Of a DNA stretch of 64,000 nt, positions 1 through 9,640 are shown piece by piece (the first letter of the stretch is position 1; each line of letters begins with the position of its first letter). This stretch comes from Bacteroides sp. Lineage in GTDB: Bacteria; Bacteroidota; Bacteroidia; Bacteroidales; Bacteroidaceae. A model generated the notes under the pieces. The model was not told the origin of the DNA, searched no databases, and worked only from the letters and a program-made list of their open reading frames with translations. The stretch lies in assembly GCA_021201335.1 (NCBI GenBank), contig JAJQFD010000016.1:49365-113364 (forward strand). The letters are read 5' to 3'. The position numbers and the translations under genes were made by a program.

Positions 1-294
1 AACGCAAACAACAAATCCTGTTTTAAGCCCTTTCTTAACAAAACGTACCAAAAGCCAGCCAATAAGAGTTACTGCTATAATACGGAATGAAGTCAAAAAC
101 AACTTCCCGAAGATCTCCATACCAAATGCCATTCCATTATTTTCGGTAAAATGAATATAAAACCAGTCAGTTATGCGAATGTAGTCATGTAAGCGCATAT
201 TCAACTTAATTACAACTTTGATTATCTGGTCTATGATTAATACCGCTATTATAACCAGTACCGCAATTCGCCCTTTTGTAAAAAATTTCATCAT
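1..294 (-). CDS. lspA: lipoprotein signal peptidase II, 3' end cut by the window edge
   Basis: The reverse complement from the ATG at 294 reads MMKFFTKGRIAVLVIIAVLIIDQIIKVVIKLNM...FYIHFTENNGMAFGMEIFGK, an LspA-like N-terminus. It lies downstream of ileS-dksA, a common arrangement. It is missing from the ORF track because it runs off the window. Confidence 0.75.
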   Translation of the reverse strand, partial: MMKFFTKGRIAVLVIIAVLIIDQIIKVVIKLNMRLHDYIRITDWFYIHFTENNGMAFGMEIFGKLFLTSFRIIAVTLIGWLLVRFVKKGLKTGFVVCV

Positions 295-382
295 TATTAT
301 TCTATAAAACAATAAGTTTTTGAGTTTATAAGTGAGAACTTAAAACCCAAAAACTTAATATTAAGAAACTCATTGATCTGAG

Positions 383-763
383 TTATTTTTTTCCTTCATT
401 TTTAGCTTCAATGCTTAGAGTGGCATGAGGTACTGCCCGTAAACGTTCAGCAGGTATTAATTTGCCGGTTTCACGGCAAATTCCATAAGTTTTATTTTCA
501 ATACGCACTAAAGCAGCCTGCAGACCTTGTATGAATTTCAATTGACGCTGTGCCAGACGGGTTGTTTCTTCTTTAGACAAAGTACTTGCACCTTCCTCTA
601 ATACTTTATAAGTAGGAGAAGTATCATCTGTATTGTTACCATCCAGATTCATAATACTTCTTTTCATGCGATCGTAGTCACGTTGCGCCAACTCTAGTTT
701 ATCATTAATGATTGCACGAAATTCTTCCAACTCGGCATCTGAATATCTGGTTTTTTCTGCCAT
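383..763 (-). CDS. DksA/TraR family C4-type zinc-finger protein
   Basis: 126 aa. The C-terminal CRETGKLIPAERLRAVPHATLSIEAK region is typical of DksA/TraR. It lies directly downstream of ileS. Confidence 0.85.
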   Translation of the reverse strand: MAEKTRYSDAELEEFRAIINDKLELAQRDYDRMKRSIMNLDGNNTDDTSPTYKVLEEGASTLSKEETTRLAQRQLKFIQGLQAALVRIENKTYGICRETGKLIPAERLRAVPHATLSIEAKNEGKK

Positions 764-790
764 AATATCAATTGTATTAAAAGTTAGTAA

Positions 791-3700
791 TTAGTTACTT
801 TTCCTCACATTTATGTACAAAGAAAAATCATCAAAGTTCAACTCCGTACCCTCTTTTACAGTATCAACTAATTCTAACGAATTAGCCAACACTTGGTGAC
901 AAATATACATATTATATTCTTTTACCGCATCATCTGTTTGAGGATTTTTGGATAAAGCAATTTCTATTTTGTCTGTTATCTCAAAACCATTGGATTTACG
1001 GATATTTTGAATTCTGTTTATCAACTCACGGGCAACTCCTTCGCGGCGAAGTTCTTCCGTAATGGTTACTTCAAGAGCTACAGTTAGTTTACCTTCGTTA
1101 GTTACCAACCATCCCGGAATATCTTCACTAATAATTTCCACATCGCCTATTTCCAATACAGCTTCTTGTTCATCCAGTATCAATGTATATCTACCGTCTT
1201 TCTCCAATTCTGCAATAGCTTCCTGAGACATTTCGGAAACTAAAACAGATAAAGCCTTCATTTGTTTACCGAATTTCGGTCCTAATTTTTTAAAGTCACA
1301 TTTGACCTTCTTTACGAGGATACCCGCAGTACCATCCACAAATTCAACTTCTTTTATGTTTACCTCGCTCATGATCAGTCCTTTAACAGCTTCAATATGT
1401 GCTTTCTGGTCCTCATCCAGAACAGGAATCATAATCCGTTGTAACGGTTGACGCACTTTGATATTTACTTTCCGTCTCAAAGCAAGCACCATGGAAGTAA
1501 TATCCTGAGCCATCTGCATCTGTGTTTCCAACTCACGATCTATCAATCCCTCTTTTACTTCCGGGAATTTAGCTAAATGAACAGAAATACCTTGTTCGCG
1601 ACCCGTAACATTGGTCAAATCAGAATACAAACGATCGGCATAGAAAGGTGCGATCGGCGACATTAATTTAGCGACTGTTTCAAGGCAAGTATATAAAGTC
1701 TGATAAGCTGATAATTTATCTATTGTAAACCCACCCCCCCAAAAGCGTTTGCGGTTTAACCTTACATACCAGTTGGATAGGTTATCATTCACAAAATCAG
1801 AAATCAGACGGCCTGCTTTCGTTGGTTCATAATCAGCATAACAGGCATCCACCTCTTTGATTAAGGAGTTCAAAACAGATAAAATCCATCGATCAATTTC
1901 CGGACGTTCATCCATTGGGACATCGGCTTCTTTATAATCAAAACCATCTACGTTTGCATATAGAGCAAAGAAAGAATAGGTATTATAAAGGGTGCCAAAG
2001 AATTTACGCCGTACTTCTTCCACTCCATCCAAATCAAATTTCAGATTATCCCAAGGAGAAGAATTTGTAATCATGTACCAACGTACCGGATCAGAACCAT
2101 ATTTTTCAATAGCCATAAACGGATCTACCGCATTGCCGAGTCGCTTTGACATTTTATAGCCGTTTTTATCCAATACTAAACCATTGGAAATAACAGCTTT
2201 GAATGATTTGGTATTGAAAACCATGGTAGCAATCGCATGGAGTGTAAAAAACCAGCCACGTGTCTGGTCAACACCCTCTGCTATGAAATCAGCCGGATAT
2301 ACCACACCACTATCTAATAATTCTTTATTTTCAAATGGATAATGAATCTGGGCATATGGCATGGCACCTGAATCAAACCAGACGTCAATCAAGTCTGTTT
2401 CACGTTTCATAGGTTTGCACGAGGCTGAAACCAAGATTATGTCGTCAACATACGGACGGTGCAAATCAATCTTATCATAGTTTCCGTCACTGTAATCACC
2501 CGGAACAAATCCTTTATCTTTATAAGGATTCGATTTCATAAAACCGGCAGATACCGATTTTTCAATTTCATTGTAAAGCTCTTCAACGGACTCAATACAG
2601 ATTTCTTCACTGTTATCCTCTGTGCGCCAGATAGGTAAAGGGGTTCCCCAGTAGCGGGAACGGCTCAAATTCCAGTCATTCAGATTTTCCAGCCACTTAC
2701 CAAAACGACCGGTTCCGGTTGATTCGGGTTTCCAGTATATTTCTTTGTTAAGTTCAATCATCCGCTCTTTGCAGGCAGTGGAACGAATAAACCAGCTATC
2801 CAATGGATAATACAATATTGGTTTATCAGTACGCCAGCAGTGCGGATAGTTGTGAACGTGTTTTTCTATTTTGAAAGCCTGATTATTTGCTTTCAGCATC
2901 ATACAAATGGCCACATCCAGTGATTCATCATCTTCACTTAACGTCGGGTCATATATATTCTTTACATATCTACCTGCGAAATCCTTGTAAAGCTCTACAT
3001 TTACCTTCTCTTTTACAAACTCATCATCCAGTTCCTCAATCCGGTAAAATTTACCAGTGAGATCTACCATCGGACGAAGTTCGCCTTTTTTATTAATCAA
3101 TTGAAGAGGTGGAACACCGGCAGCTTTGGCAACCTGAGCATCATCCGCCCCAAAAGTTGGCGCTATATGTACGATACCTGTTCCGTCTTCTGTTGTGACA
3201 TAGTCACCCGGAATAACACGAAAAGCACCTTCACCAGGATTTACCCAGGGAATTAGTTGCTCGTACTCCATCTCCAGTAAATCGGAACCTTTATATTCAG
3301 CGACTATTTTATATGGAATTAATTTATTACCTTGTTTGTAATCTTCCAGTTCCAGATCTGCAGCTTTCGGATTAAAATGAACATTCAATAATGCTTTTGC
3401 CAGAACGACAGTAATAGGCAATCCAGTATAAGCATTATATGTCTGAACGGCAACATACTCTATTTTGGGCCCTACACAAAGAGCCGTATTGGAGGGCAAT
3501 GTCCACGGGGTGGTAGTCCATGCCAGGAAGAAGGAAGTACCCCACTCTGCCATTTCCGGTTTAGGGTTTTTCATCCGGAATTGAGCTACTACTGTTGTAT
3601 CTTTTACATCCCGGTAGGTACCTGGTTGATTCAATTCATGTGAACTCAGCCCTGTTCCTGCGGCCGGAGAATAAGGTTGAATCGTATATCCTTTGTACAA

Positions 3701-4219
3701 ATAGCCCTTTTTATAGAGTTGCTTCAATAACCACCAAAGAGTTTCGATGTAACGGTTGTCATACGTAATATAAGGATGTTTCATATCTACCCAGTACCCC
3801 ATGATGTGAGTTAGGTCTTCCCACTCTTTGGTGTACTTCATTACATCTTTCCGACAGGCAGCATTGTAATCTGCTACAGAAATCTTTTTGCCAATATCCT
3901 CTTTGGTAATACCCAGTGCTTTCTCAACACTTAGTTCTACCGGCAGCCCGTGGGTATCCCATCCGGCCTTTCGCTTTACCTGAAAACCTTTCATCGTTTT
4001 GTAGCGACAGAATATGTCTTTAATGGTACGAGCTATCACATGATGGATCCCTGGCATACCATTAGCCGAAGGAGGTCCTTCATAAAACACAAACGAAGGA
4101 CACCCTTCGCGCTCTGTCAAGCTTTTCGCAAAAACGCTGTTTTCATCCCATTTCTTAAGTACTTCCTTATTTACTTCAGAAAGGTTAAACTGAGAATATT
4201 CAGCAAATTTCTTAGTCAT
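791..4219 (-). CDS. ileS: isoleucine--tRNA ligase (long, type-2 form)
   Basis: 1142 aa. It has a class I HIGH-like motif (PGIHHVIART), KMSKR (YKMSKRLGN) and an editing-domain-sized insertion. Confidence 0.97.
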   Translation of the reverse strand: MTKKFAEYSQFNLSEVNKEVLKKWDENSVFAKSLTEREGCPSFVFYEGPPSANGMPGIHHVIARTIKDIFCRYKTMKGFQVKRKAGWDTHGLPVELSVEKALGITKEDIGKKISVADYNAACRKDVMKYTKEWEDLTHIMGYWVDMKHPYITYDNRYIETLWWLLKQLYKKGYLYKGYTIQPYSPAAGTGLSSHELNQPGTYRDVKDTTVVAQFRMKNPKPEMAEWGTSFFLAWTTTPWTLPSNTALCVGPKIEYVAVQTYNAYTGLPITVVLAKALLNVHFNPKAADLELEDYKQGNKLIPYKIVAEYKGSDLLEMEYEQLIPWVNPGEGAFRVIPGDYVTTEDGTGIVHIAPTFGADDAQVAKAAGVPPLQLINKKGELRPMVDLTGKFYRIEELDDEFVKEKVNVELYKDFAGRYVKNIYDPTLSEDDESLDVAICMMLKANNQAFKIEKHVHNYPHCWRTDKPILYYPLDSWFIRSTACKERMIELNKEIYWKPESTGTGRFGKWLENLNDWNLSRSRYWGTPLPIWRTEDNSEEICIESVEELYNEIEKSVSAGFMKSNPYKDKGFVPGDYSDGNYDKIDLHRPYVDDIILVSASCKPMKRETDLIDVWFDSGAMPYAQIHYPFENKELLDSGVVYPADFIAEGVDQTRGWFFTLHAIATMVFNTKSFKAVISNGLVLDKNGYKMSKRLGNAVDPFMAIEKYGSDPVRWYMITNSSPWDNLKFDLDGVEEVRRKFFGTLYNTYSFFALYANVDGFDYKEADVPMDERPEIDRWILSVLNSLIKEVDACYADYEPTKAGRLISDFVNDNLSNWYVRLNRKRFWGGGFTIDKLSAYQTLYTCLETVAKLMSPIAPFYADRLYSDLTNVTGREQGISVHLAKFPEVKEGLIDRELETQMQMAQDITSMVLALRRKVNIKVRQPLQRIMIPVLDEDQKAHIEAVKGLIMSEVNIKEVEFVDGTAGILVKKVKCDFKKLGPKFGKQMKALSVLVSEMSQEAIAELEKDGRYTLILDEQEAVLEIGDVEIISEDIPGWLVTNEGKLTVALEVTITEELRREGVARELINRIQNIRKSNGFEITDKIEIALSKNPQTDDAVKEYNMYICHQVLANSLELVDTVKEGTELNFDDFSLYINVRKSN

Positions 4220-4257
4220 AAATCTTCGATTTTGTCTATCGTTCTAAAAATAAGGGG

Positions 4258-4265
4258 CAAATTTA
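4258..4265 (-). promoter_or_regulatory. Bacteroidota sigma-A -7 box (TAAATTTG) for ileS
   Basis: It matches TAnnTTTG 39 nt upstream of the ileS ATG. The motif alone is expected by chance roughly 30 times per strand in this window, so position and orientation carry the call. Confidence 0.45.
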
Positions 4266-4420
4266 CAAAAACATATATTATTTCCTACCTTTGCCGACTG
4301 AATATTTTTAGAGTTAAGGGTTATTAGGAACGACTTCCATACTGCTTACAAAAGATGTAATGAAAAACCTGGGTAATCCGTAACTAATAACTTATAACCG
4401 TAACCTGTAACATATTAGCG

Positions 4421-5761
4421 ATGAAAGGTGCCAGAAACCTGACAACGGGTCCTATTCGTAAACAATTATTTAGCTTAGCCATGCCGATTATGGCAACTTC
4501 TTTTATCCAGATGGCATATAGTTTAACTGATATGGCCTGGGTAGGACGGCTGGGAAGTGAAGCAGTGGCAGCTATAGGCTCTGTTGGGATTCTTACCTGG
4601 ATGTCCAATTCAATCTCATTATTAAGTAAGGTAGGTTCTGAAGTAAGTGTGGGACAGTCAATCGGTGCACAAAACACAGAAGATGCACGCAACTATGCCT
4701 CTCATAACGTAACCATTGCCTTGATTATTTCACTCTGCTGGGGAGGGATTTTGTTTCTTCTGGCCAATCCGGTAATTCATATATTTAAATTGGAACATTC
4801 GATTTCTCAGCAAGCTGTAAATTATTTACGGGTTATTTCAACAGCATTTCCCTTTGTATTTTTATCATCAGCTTTTACAGGTATATACAATGCATCGGGA
4901 AGAAGTAATATACCTTTTTATATTAGTGGCACAGGATTGATCTTGAACATTCTGTTAGATCCGCTTTTCATCTTTGGTTTTAATCTCGGGACGCAGGGAG
5001 CAGCGTATGCTACCTGGATTTCACAAGGTACCGTTTTTATCTTATTTGTTTATCAGTTACGAAAAAGAGATCTTTTACTGAACCGTTTCCCTTTCTGGAT
5101 TAAACTTCAAAAAAAATACTCCTTACGTATTTTCAAGTTAGGACTACCGGTTGCCGCTTTCAATGTGTTGTTTGCTTTCGTAAATATGTTTTTAGGGAGA
5201 ACAGCATCTTCCGAAGGAGGCCATATCGGATTAATGTCTCTGACAACGGGGAGCCAGATTGAAGCAATTACATGGAATACTTCCCAGGGATTTTCAACTG
5301 CTTTGGGTACTTTTATTGCTCAAAATTATGCAGCAGGCAAAAAAAGCAGAGTCATACAAGCCTGGCACACAACATTATGGATGACGTTTATTTTCGGGGC
5401 TTTCTGTAGTTTGTTATTTATTTTTGCAGGGAATGAAGTTTTTTCTATCTTTGTACCCGAACAAGAAGCCTACATAGCTGGAGGAAATTACTTGCAAATA
5501 GCAGGTTACTCTCAGTTATTCATGATGCTTAAGATTACTACACAAGGTGTTTTTTATGGTTTAGGACGTACATTACCGCCAGCGATTATTAGTGTCGCAT
5601 TTAATTATATGCGAATACCTTTGGCGATTCTTTTCGCACATTGGGGAATGGGTGTAGACGGAATTTGGTGGGCAATCACTATTACTAGCATTGCCAAGGG
5701 GATAATTTTAGCGCTGTGGTTTATGATTATTAAGAAAAAGGTTTTAGCTAGCGTTTCTTAA
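4421..5761 (+). CDS. MATE family efflux transporter
   Basis: 446 aa, about 12 TM segments. The N-terminus LAMPIMATSFIQMAYSLTDMAWVGRLG is typical of MATE/NorM. Confidence 0.9.
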   Translation: MKGARNLTTGPIRKQLFSLAMPIMATSFIQMAYSLTDMAWVGRLGSEAVAAIGSVGILTWMSNSISLLSKVGSEVSVGQSIGAQNTEDARNYASHNVTIALIISLCWGGILFLLANPVIHIFKLEHSISQQAVNYLRVISTAFPFVFLSSAFTGIYNASGRSNIPFYISGTGLILNILLDPLFIFGFNLGTQGAAYATWISQGTVFILFVYQLRKRDLLLNRFPFWIKLQKKYSLRIFKLGLPVAAFNVLFAFVNMFLGRTASSEGGHIGLMSLTTGSQIEAITWNTSQGFSTALGTFIAQNYAAGKKSRVIQAWHTTLWMTFIFGAFCSLLFIFAGNEVFSIFVPEQEAYIAGGNYLQIAGYSQLFMMLKITTQGVFYGLGRTLPPAIISVAFNYMRIPLAILFAHWGMGVDGIWWAITITSIAKGIILALWFMIIKKKVLASVS

Positions 5762-5890
5762 AGGGGTTGATTTTGCACGCGACATCAATGTGGACTGTTT
5801 TTATTACTTTTTTAACATGATTAATTAAGCAAATAGATATTCTATTTGTTATTAACATAAACATTTAATAAAATAACCCTATTAAAAAAA

Positions 5891-6574
5891 ATGAGTATGA
5901 AGAATTTTAAAATCACCGCATTAATATTAAGCGCGGCAATCGTATTTGGTAGTTGTAACGCTAGTAAAACAGTACAAGGTGGAGCGATAGGAGCCGGCGG
6001 AGGAGCAGCTTTGGGAGCTGTTATCGGTGCTATTGCAGGTAAAGGTAAAGGTGCGGCTATTGGTGCGGCTATCGGAACAGCAGTTGGTGGTACTGCCGGT
6101 GCTATCATCGGTAATAAGATGGATAAAAAAGCTAAAGAAGCAGCTGCTATCGAAGGGGCACAGGTGGAACAAGTTACCGATAATAACGGTTTAGCAGCAG
6201 TAAAAGTAACATTCAGCTCAGGAATCTTATTTGGTTTCAATTCTTCTACATTGAGCGAAACTTCAAAATCTTCATTACGTGAATTCTCTAAGATCTTAAT
6301 CGAAGATCCTACTACTGATATTGCTATTGTGGGTCATACCGACAAAGTAGGTACGTATGATGCAAACATTACGGTATCAACCAGACGGGCCACTGCAGTA
6401 GGTGATTATCTTAAAATGTGTGGTGTATCTCCTTCTCAGCTCAAAACAGTTGAAGGTGTTGGATACAACCAATATGATGAATCGGTAAGTGCTGATCAAA
6501 ACCGTCGCGTTGAAATCTTCATGTATGCAAGTGAGCAGATGATTAAAAATGCCGAAGCACAAGCTAATCAATAA
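5891..6574 (+). CDS. OmpA-family lipoprotein with glycine-zipper region
   Basis: Lipobox VFGSC. There is a Gly/Ala zipper ([32 protein letters not shown]) and a C-terminal OmpA-like peptidoglycan-binding domain (GHTD...NRRVEI). Confidence 0.9.
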   Translation: MSMKNFKITALILSAAIVFGSCNASKTVQGGAIGAGGGAALGAVIGAIAGKGKGAAIGAAIGTAVGGTAGAIIGNKMDKKAKEAAAIEGAQVEQVTDNNGLAAVKVTFSSGILFGFNSSTLSETSKSSLREFSKILIEDPTTDIAIVGHTDKVGTYDANITVSTRRATAVGDYLKMCGVSPSQLKTVEGVGYNQYDESVSADQNRRVEIFMYASEQMIKNAEAQANQ

Positions 6575-6622
6575 ATGAACATCAGATTAAAAGTTTAATT
6601 CTGATTTTTCCACAAATTGAAT

Positions 6623-6671
6623 CTCCTGTTTCTAAAGTGTCTCCAAGAGGCTATAGAAACAGGGGTTTTTT
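6623..6671 (+). terminator. intrinsic terminator after the OmpA-family gene
   Basis: The stem is cctgtttct (6625-6633) paired with agaaacagg (6655-6663), followed by T6. Confidence 0.7.
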
Positions 6672-6754
6672 GTTAACCTCATTGGCTAAACAATAAAACG
6701 GCAGTATCATCCTGTTTTGAGAAAATGCAAGTATCATTCATACCAAACCCCAGT

Positions 6755-6762
6755 TACATTTG
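6755..6762 (+). promoter_or_regulatory. orphan TAnnTTTG box (TACATTTG)
   Basis: No plus-strand CDS follows for about 450 nt. A strong hairpin lies at 6895-6922. Confidence 0.3.
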
Positions 6763-6894
6763 CCCTAAATACAAGTTTGTTTCAGCCTGAATACTTATTC
6801 TTTTTGACTCGAATACAACCGCAATTGCAGATAAATTTTAATGCTATTTCATTCATGGAGTTATTTTGATAAAGTATTGAGCTATCGTAATAAA

Positions 6895-6922
6895 GCATTG
6901 ATTTACAGCAATAAATCAATGC
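6895..6922. other. perfect 11-bp stem, 6-nt loop hairpin in a gene-poor region
   Basis: The sequence is gcattgattta-cagcaa-taaatcaatgc. It can be extended by AAA/UUU with one bulge. Confidence 0.5.
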
Positions 6923-7178
6923 CTTTCGATTCAAGAAGTGCTTAAAAAGTATATAACTAAGGAGACTTGCATATATATAAAAACACATAAAGAAGAAAAG
7001 ATAATCAATTGAAAATCTGAAAGTTAAAGGTATCCTGTATTACTAGTGATGCTTTTTTGAATTAGTTCTCTCTAGAAAAGGTTTTTTAATCGAGGAAAAA
7101 GGTTCCGGTTGATAAACCAATCTATTCCCTTTCAATCTCAATATTTAAACATTTATTATATATTTAAAAAGAAACCTG

Positions 7179-7186
7179 TATATTTG
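7179..7186 (+). promoter_or_regulatory. -7 box (TATATTTG) for the DUF2339 gene
   Basis: It lies 24 nt upstream of ATG 7210. Confidence 0.45.
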
Positions 7187-7209
7187 TCTTAAACCAAAAA
7201 CAAATAAGC

Positions 7210-9636
7210 ATGTCAGGATTCATTTTTTTTATAATAATGATATTATTGGGAGGTATAATTATAGTTCCTATTGTATCCTTATTAAAACTATCGTCAATTG
7301 AGCGTAAGCTCAATGATGTACAAAGGGCATTACATAAACTCCAAACGCCCAAACAAACACAAGAAACAACTCAGCCAGATACTACAACTCAATCCATTCA
7401 AGAATTATCAAAACCAGCAGTTTCAACAGAAGATATTCCTCCGGTAGCCATAGAAATACCTGAATATGAACTGGAAAGACAACCAGAGCCGGAACCTGTC
7501 ATTCAGGAAACGATTGAACCAGCTTGGATGGAAACTGAAGAATCAGTTGAAGAAGTTCCGGTTATTACTTTTGCAGAAGGAAGTCACCAAGAAACCAATA
7601 AAGAAATCTTCGCAGCAGCAACAGTATCTGAACCTATTCACAGATCTAGGCGACCCAAGAAATCCAATAGTTTGATATTCGAGAATTTATTGAGTAAAAT
7701 TGGTATTGTAACCCTGGTGCTGGGTATTGGTTTCTTTGTAAAATATGCGATTGATAAAGACTGGATTAATGAAATTGGTCGCGTCGGTATCGGAATCATA
7801 ACCGGAGGAGCACTGATTGCTATTGCCCATAAGCTTCGGGAGAAATACAATGTTTTTTCTGCTATTCTTGTTGGCGGTGGTATCTCTGTCTTTTATATAA
7901 CAATTACTCTTGCTTTTAGAGAATATGAACTTTTTGATCAAACAGTGGCCTTTATTATTCTAATTGTTATAACGGTATTTTCTGTTATTCTTTCCCTCTT
8001 ATACAATCGGAAGGAACTGGCATTGTTTTCTCTTTTAGGTGGTTATGCTTCCCCATTGATGGTAAGTACCGGAAGTGGAAACTATATTATACTCTTCTCA
8101 TTTACACTTATATTAAATAGCGGAATGCTGCTTATCTCCATGCGCAAAAACTGGAGAATAATTGGAACTGTCAGTTTCATTTGTACTCAATTGTTTTACT
8201 GGGGCTGGCTTATATTCAGTTTTGAAGACCAACGCATGGGTACTTTAGTTTTTGGAATATTGTTCTTTATCCAGTTCTATTTACTTGCTTTATTTGACCA
8301 TTTCCTGTCGGACAGAAAGATATCCTTCTTTCAGTCAATGATAATACTGACCAATAATCTTTCCCTGTTTGCAGCTTCCGTTATTATCATGAGAAACATT
8401 GGCTACAATATTCAAGGAGTTATAACGATTTCTTTGGCTGTTGTCAATGCTATTGTTATGGCAATATTATTCAGAAGAGCGAATATAGATAAAAGATTGT
8501 TGTACTTGATTATCGCTATTGTATTAAGTTTTGTTTCATTGGCTATTCCGATACAGCTTAGAGGACATGTGATTACTTTGTTCTGGGCTGCCGAAATGGT
8601 TATTTTACTTTGGATGTGGAACAAGTCCGGAATCAGAGTTTTCCATACCGCAGCAATCCTTATTGCTATGCTGACACTTATCTCCTATTTTATGGATGTA
8701 AGATCCTATTATGACTATCATACCTTACCAGTCATTATCAATAAATTATGCATTACTGGTGTAGTACTTGTAGCTGCGTTAGGTATCTTCCGGCTATTAC
8801 TTATTCGAGGCAGAAAGATTAATCTGGTAGGTATCAATATTGCGTTACAGATAAAGTTTATCAATACTGCCTTTATTATCATGGCTTATCTAGTTCCTTT
8901 CTTTGAAATCGCTTTTCAGATATCCAGCAGAGATATTGATTCTATCAATAACTTCCGGAGTATGATACTGGTATGCTATTCTATTTTATATATAGCAATA
9001 CTGGCATTCATCTACCGTAAAAAAGCAGCGACTTCAAAAGCACTCATTTATTCGTTCATAGGTGCTATAATTGCATATACTGTCATTGGTTTGCCCATCC
9101 TTATATCCTCCCGGGAAGATATTTTACTCTTAGAATTCAGTCGTAACTTATTCCTGTTCCATTATATGGGTTTGTTTGCTTTGGGTTACGTTATGTATGT
9201 TATCGTCTCCAATCTAAAATTCTTACCTGGTAAATTGTTTACTGTATCGGGTTGGTTACTTGTTCTGCTATCTGTTATCATTCTCAGTGTAGAACTAGAT
9301 AATACAGTGCTTCAATGGTGGGGATCAACCGATAATTTCCGCAAAATACTGTATGATACCCGGACATTTGGATATCCTATTTTGTGGGGATTACTGGCTA
9401 TGGTGCTGATGATTTGGGGATTAAAGCAAAAAGAAGTATTACTGAGACAAATCTCACTTGCTTTTTTTGCTTTCATTATTCTTAAATTTTATATCAGAGA
9501 CATCTGGTTGATGTCTCAAACCGGACGCATTATTTCATTCGTAGCATTAGGTGTTATCCTTTTACTGGTATCATTCCTGATCCAGAAAATAAAAGCATTA
9601 ATTAAAGATGATCATGATCCATCTGATAAAAAATAG
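7210..9636 (+). CDS. DUF2339-like polytopic membrane protein
   Basis: 808 aa. It has an N-terminal TM segment, a short coiled segment, a Pro/Glu/Thr-rich linker, then about 20 TM segments. The family name is from memory of this architecture. Confidence 0.75.
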   Translation: MSGFIFFIIMILLGGIIIVPIVSLLKLSSIERKLNDVQRALHKLQTPKQTQETTQPDTTTQSIQELSKPAVSTEDIPPVAIEIPEYELERQPEPEPVIQETIEPAWMETEESVEEVPVITFAEGSHQETNKEIFAAATVSEPIHRSRRPKKSNSLIFENLLSKIGIVTLVLGIGFFVKYAIDKDWINEIGRVGIGIITGGALIAIAHKLREKYNVFSAILVGGGISVFYITITLAFREYELFDQTVAFIILIVITVFSVILSLLYNRKELALFSLLGGYASPLMVSTGSGNYIILFSFTLILNSGMLLISMRKNWRIIGTVSFICTQLFYWGWLIFSFEDQRMGTLVFGILFFIQFYLLALFDHFLSDRKISFFQSMIILTNNLSLFAASVIIMRNIGYNIQGVITISLAVVNAIVMAILFRRANIDKRLLYLIIAIVLSFVSLAIPIQLRGHVITLFWAAEMVILLWMWNKSGIRVFHTAAILIAMLTLISYFMDVRSYYDYHTLPVIINKLCITGVVLVAALGIFRLLLIRGRKINLVGINIALQIKFINTAFIIMAYLVPFFEIAFQISSRDIDSINNFRSMILVCYSILYIAILAFIYRKKAATSKALIYSFIGAIIAYTVIGLPILISSREDILLLEFSRNLFLFHYMGLFALGYVMYVIVSNLKFLPGKLFTVSGWLLVLLSVIILSVELDNTVLQWWGSTDNFRKILYDTRTFGYPILWGLLAMVLMIWGLKQKEVLLRQISLAFFAFIILKFYIRDIWLMSQTGRIISFVALGVILLLVSFLIQKIKALIKDDHDPSDKK

Positions 9637-9640
9637 AAAC

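Noticed and set aside
3950-4692. ORFs 3950..4327 (+) and 4384..4692 (-) lie at the ileS/MATE boundary.
   Set aside because: They overlap the 5' ends of ileS and the MATE gene on the opposite strands. They have no family resemblance and look compositional.
5842-6240. 132-aa and 81-aa minus-strand ORFs lie opposite the OmpA-family gene.
   Set aside because: They are mirror images of the GGT/GCN-rich glycine-zipper coding repeat. Their translations are Ala/Pro low-complexity strings. The plus-strand gene has a lipobox and an OmpA domain.
6782-6988. A 68-aa minus-strand ORF lies in the OmpA-DUF2339 spacer.
   Set aside because: It has AT-rich, Cys/Tyr/Ile-heavy composition. It runs through a perfect 11-bp hairpin. 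It has no promoter box in the right orientation.
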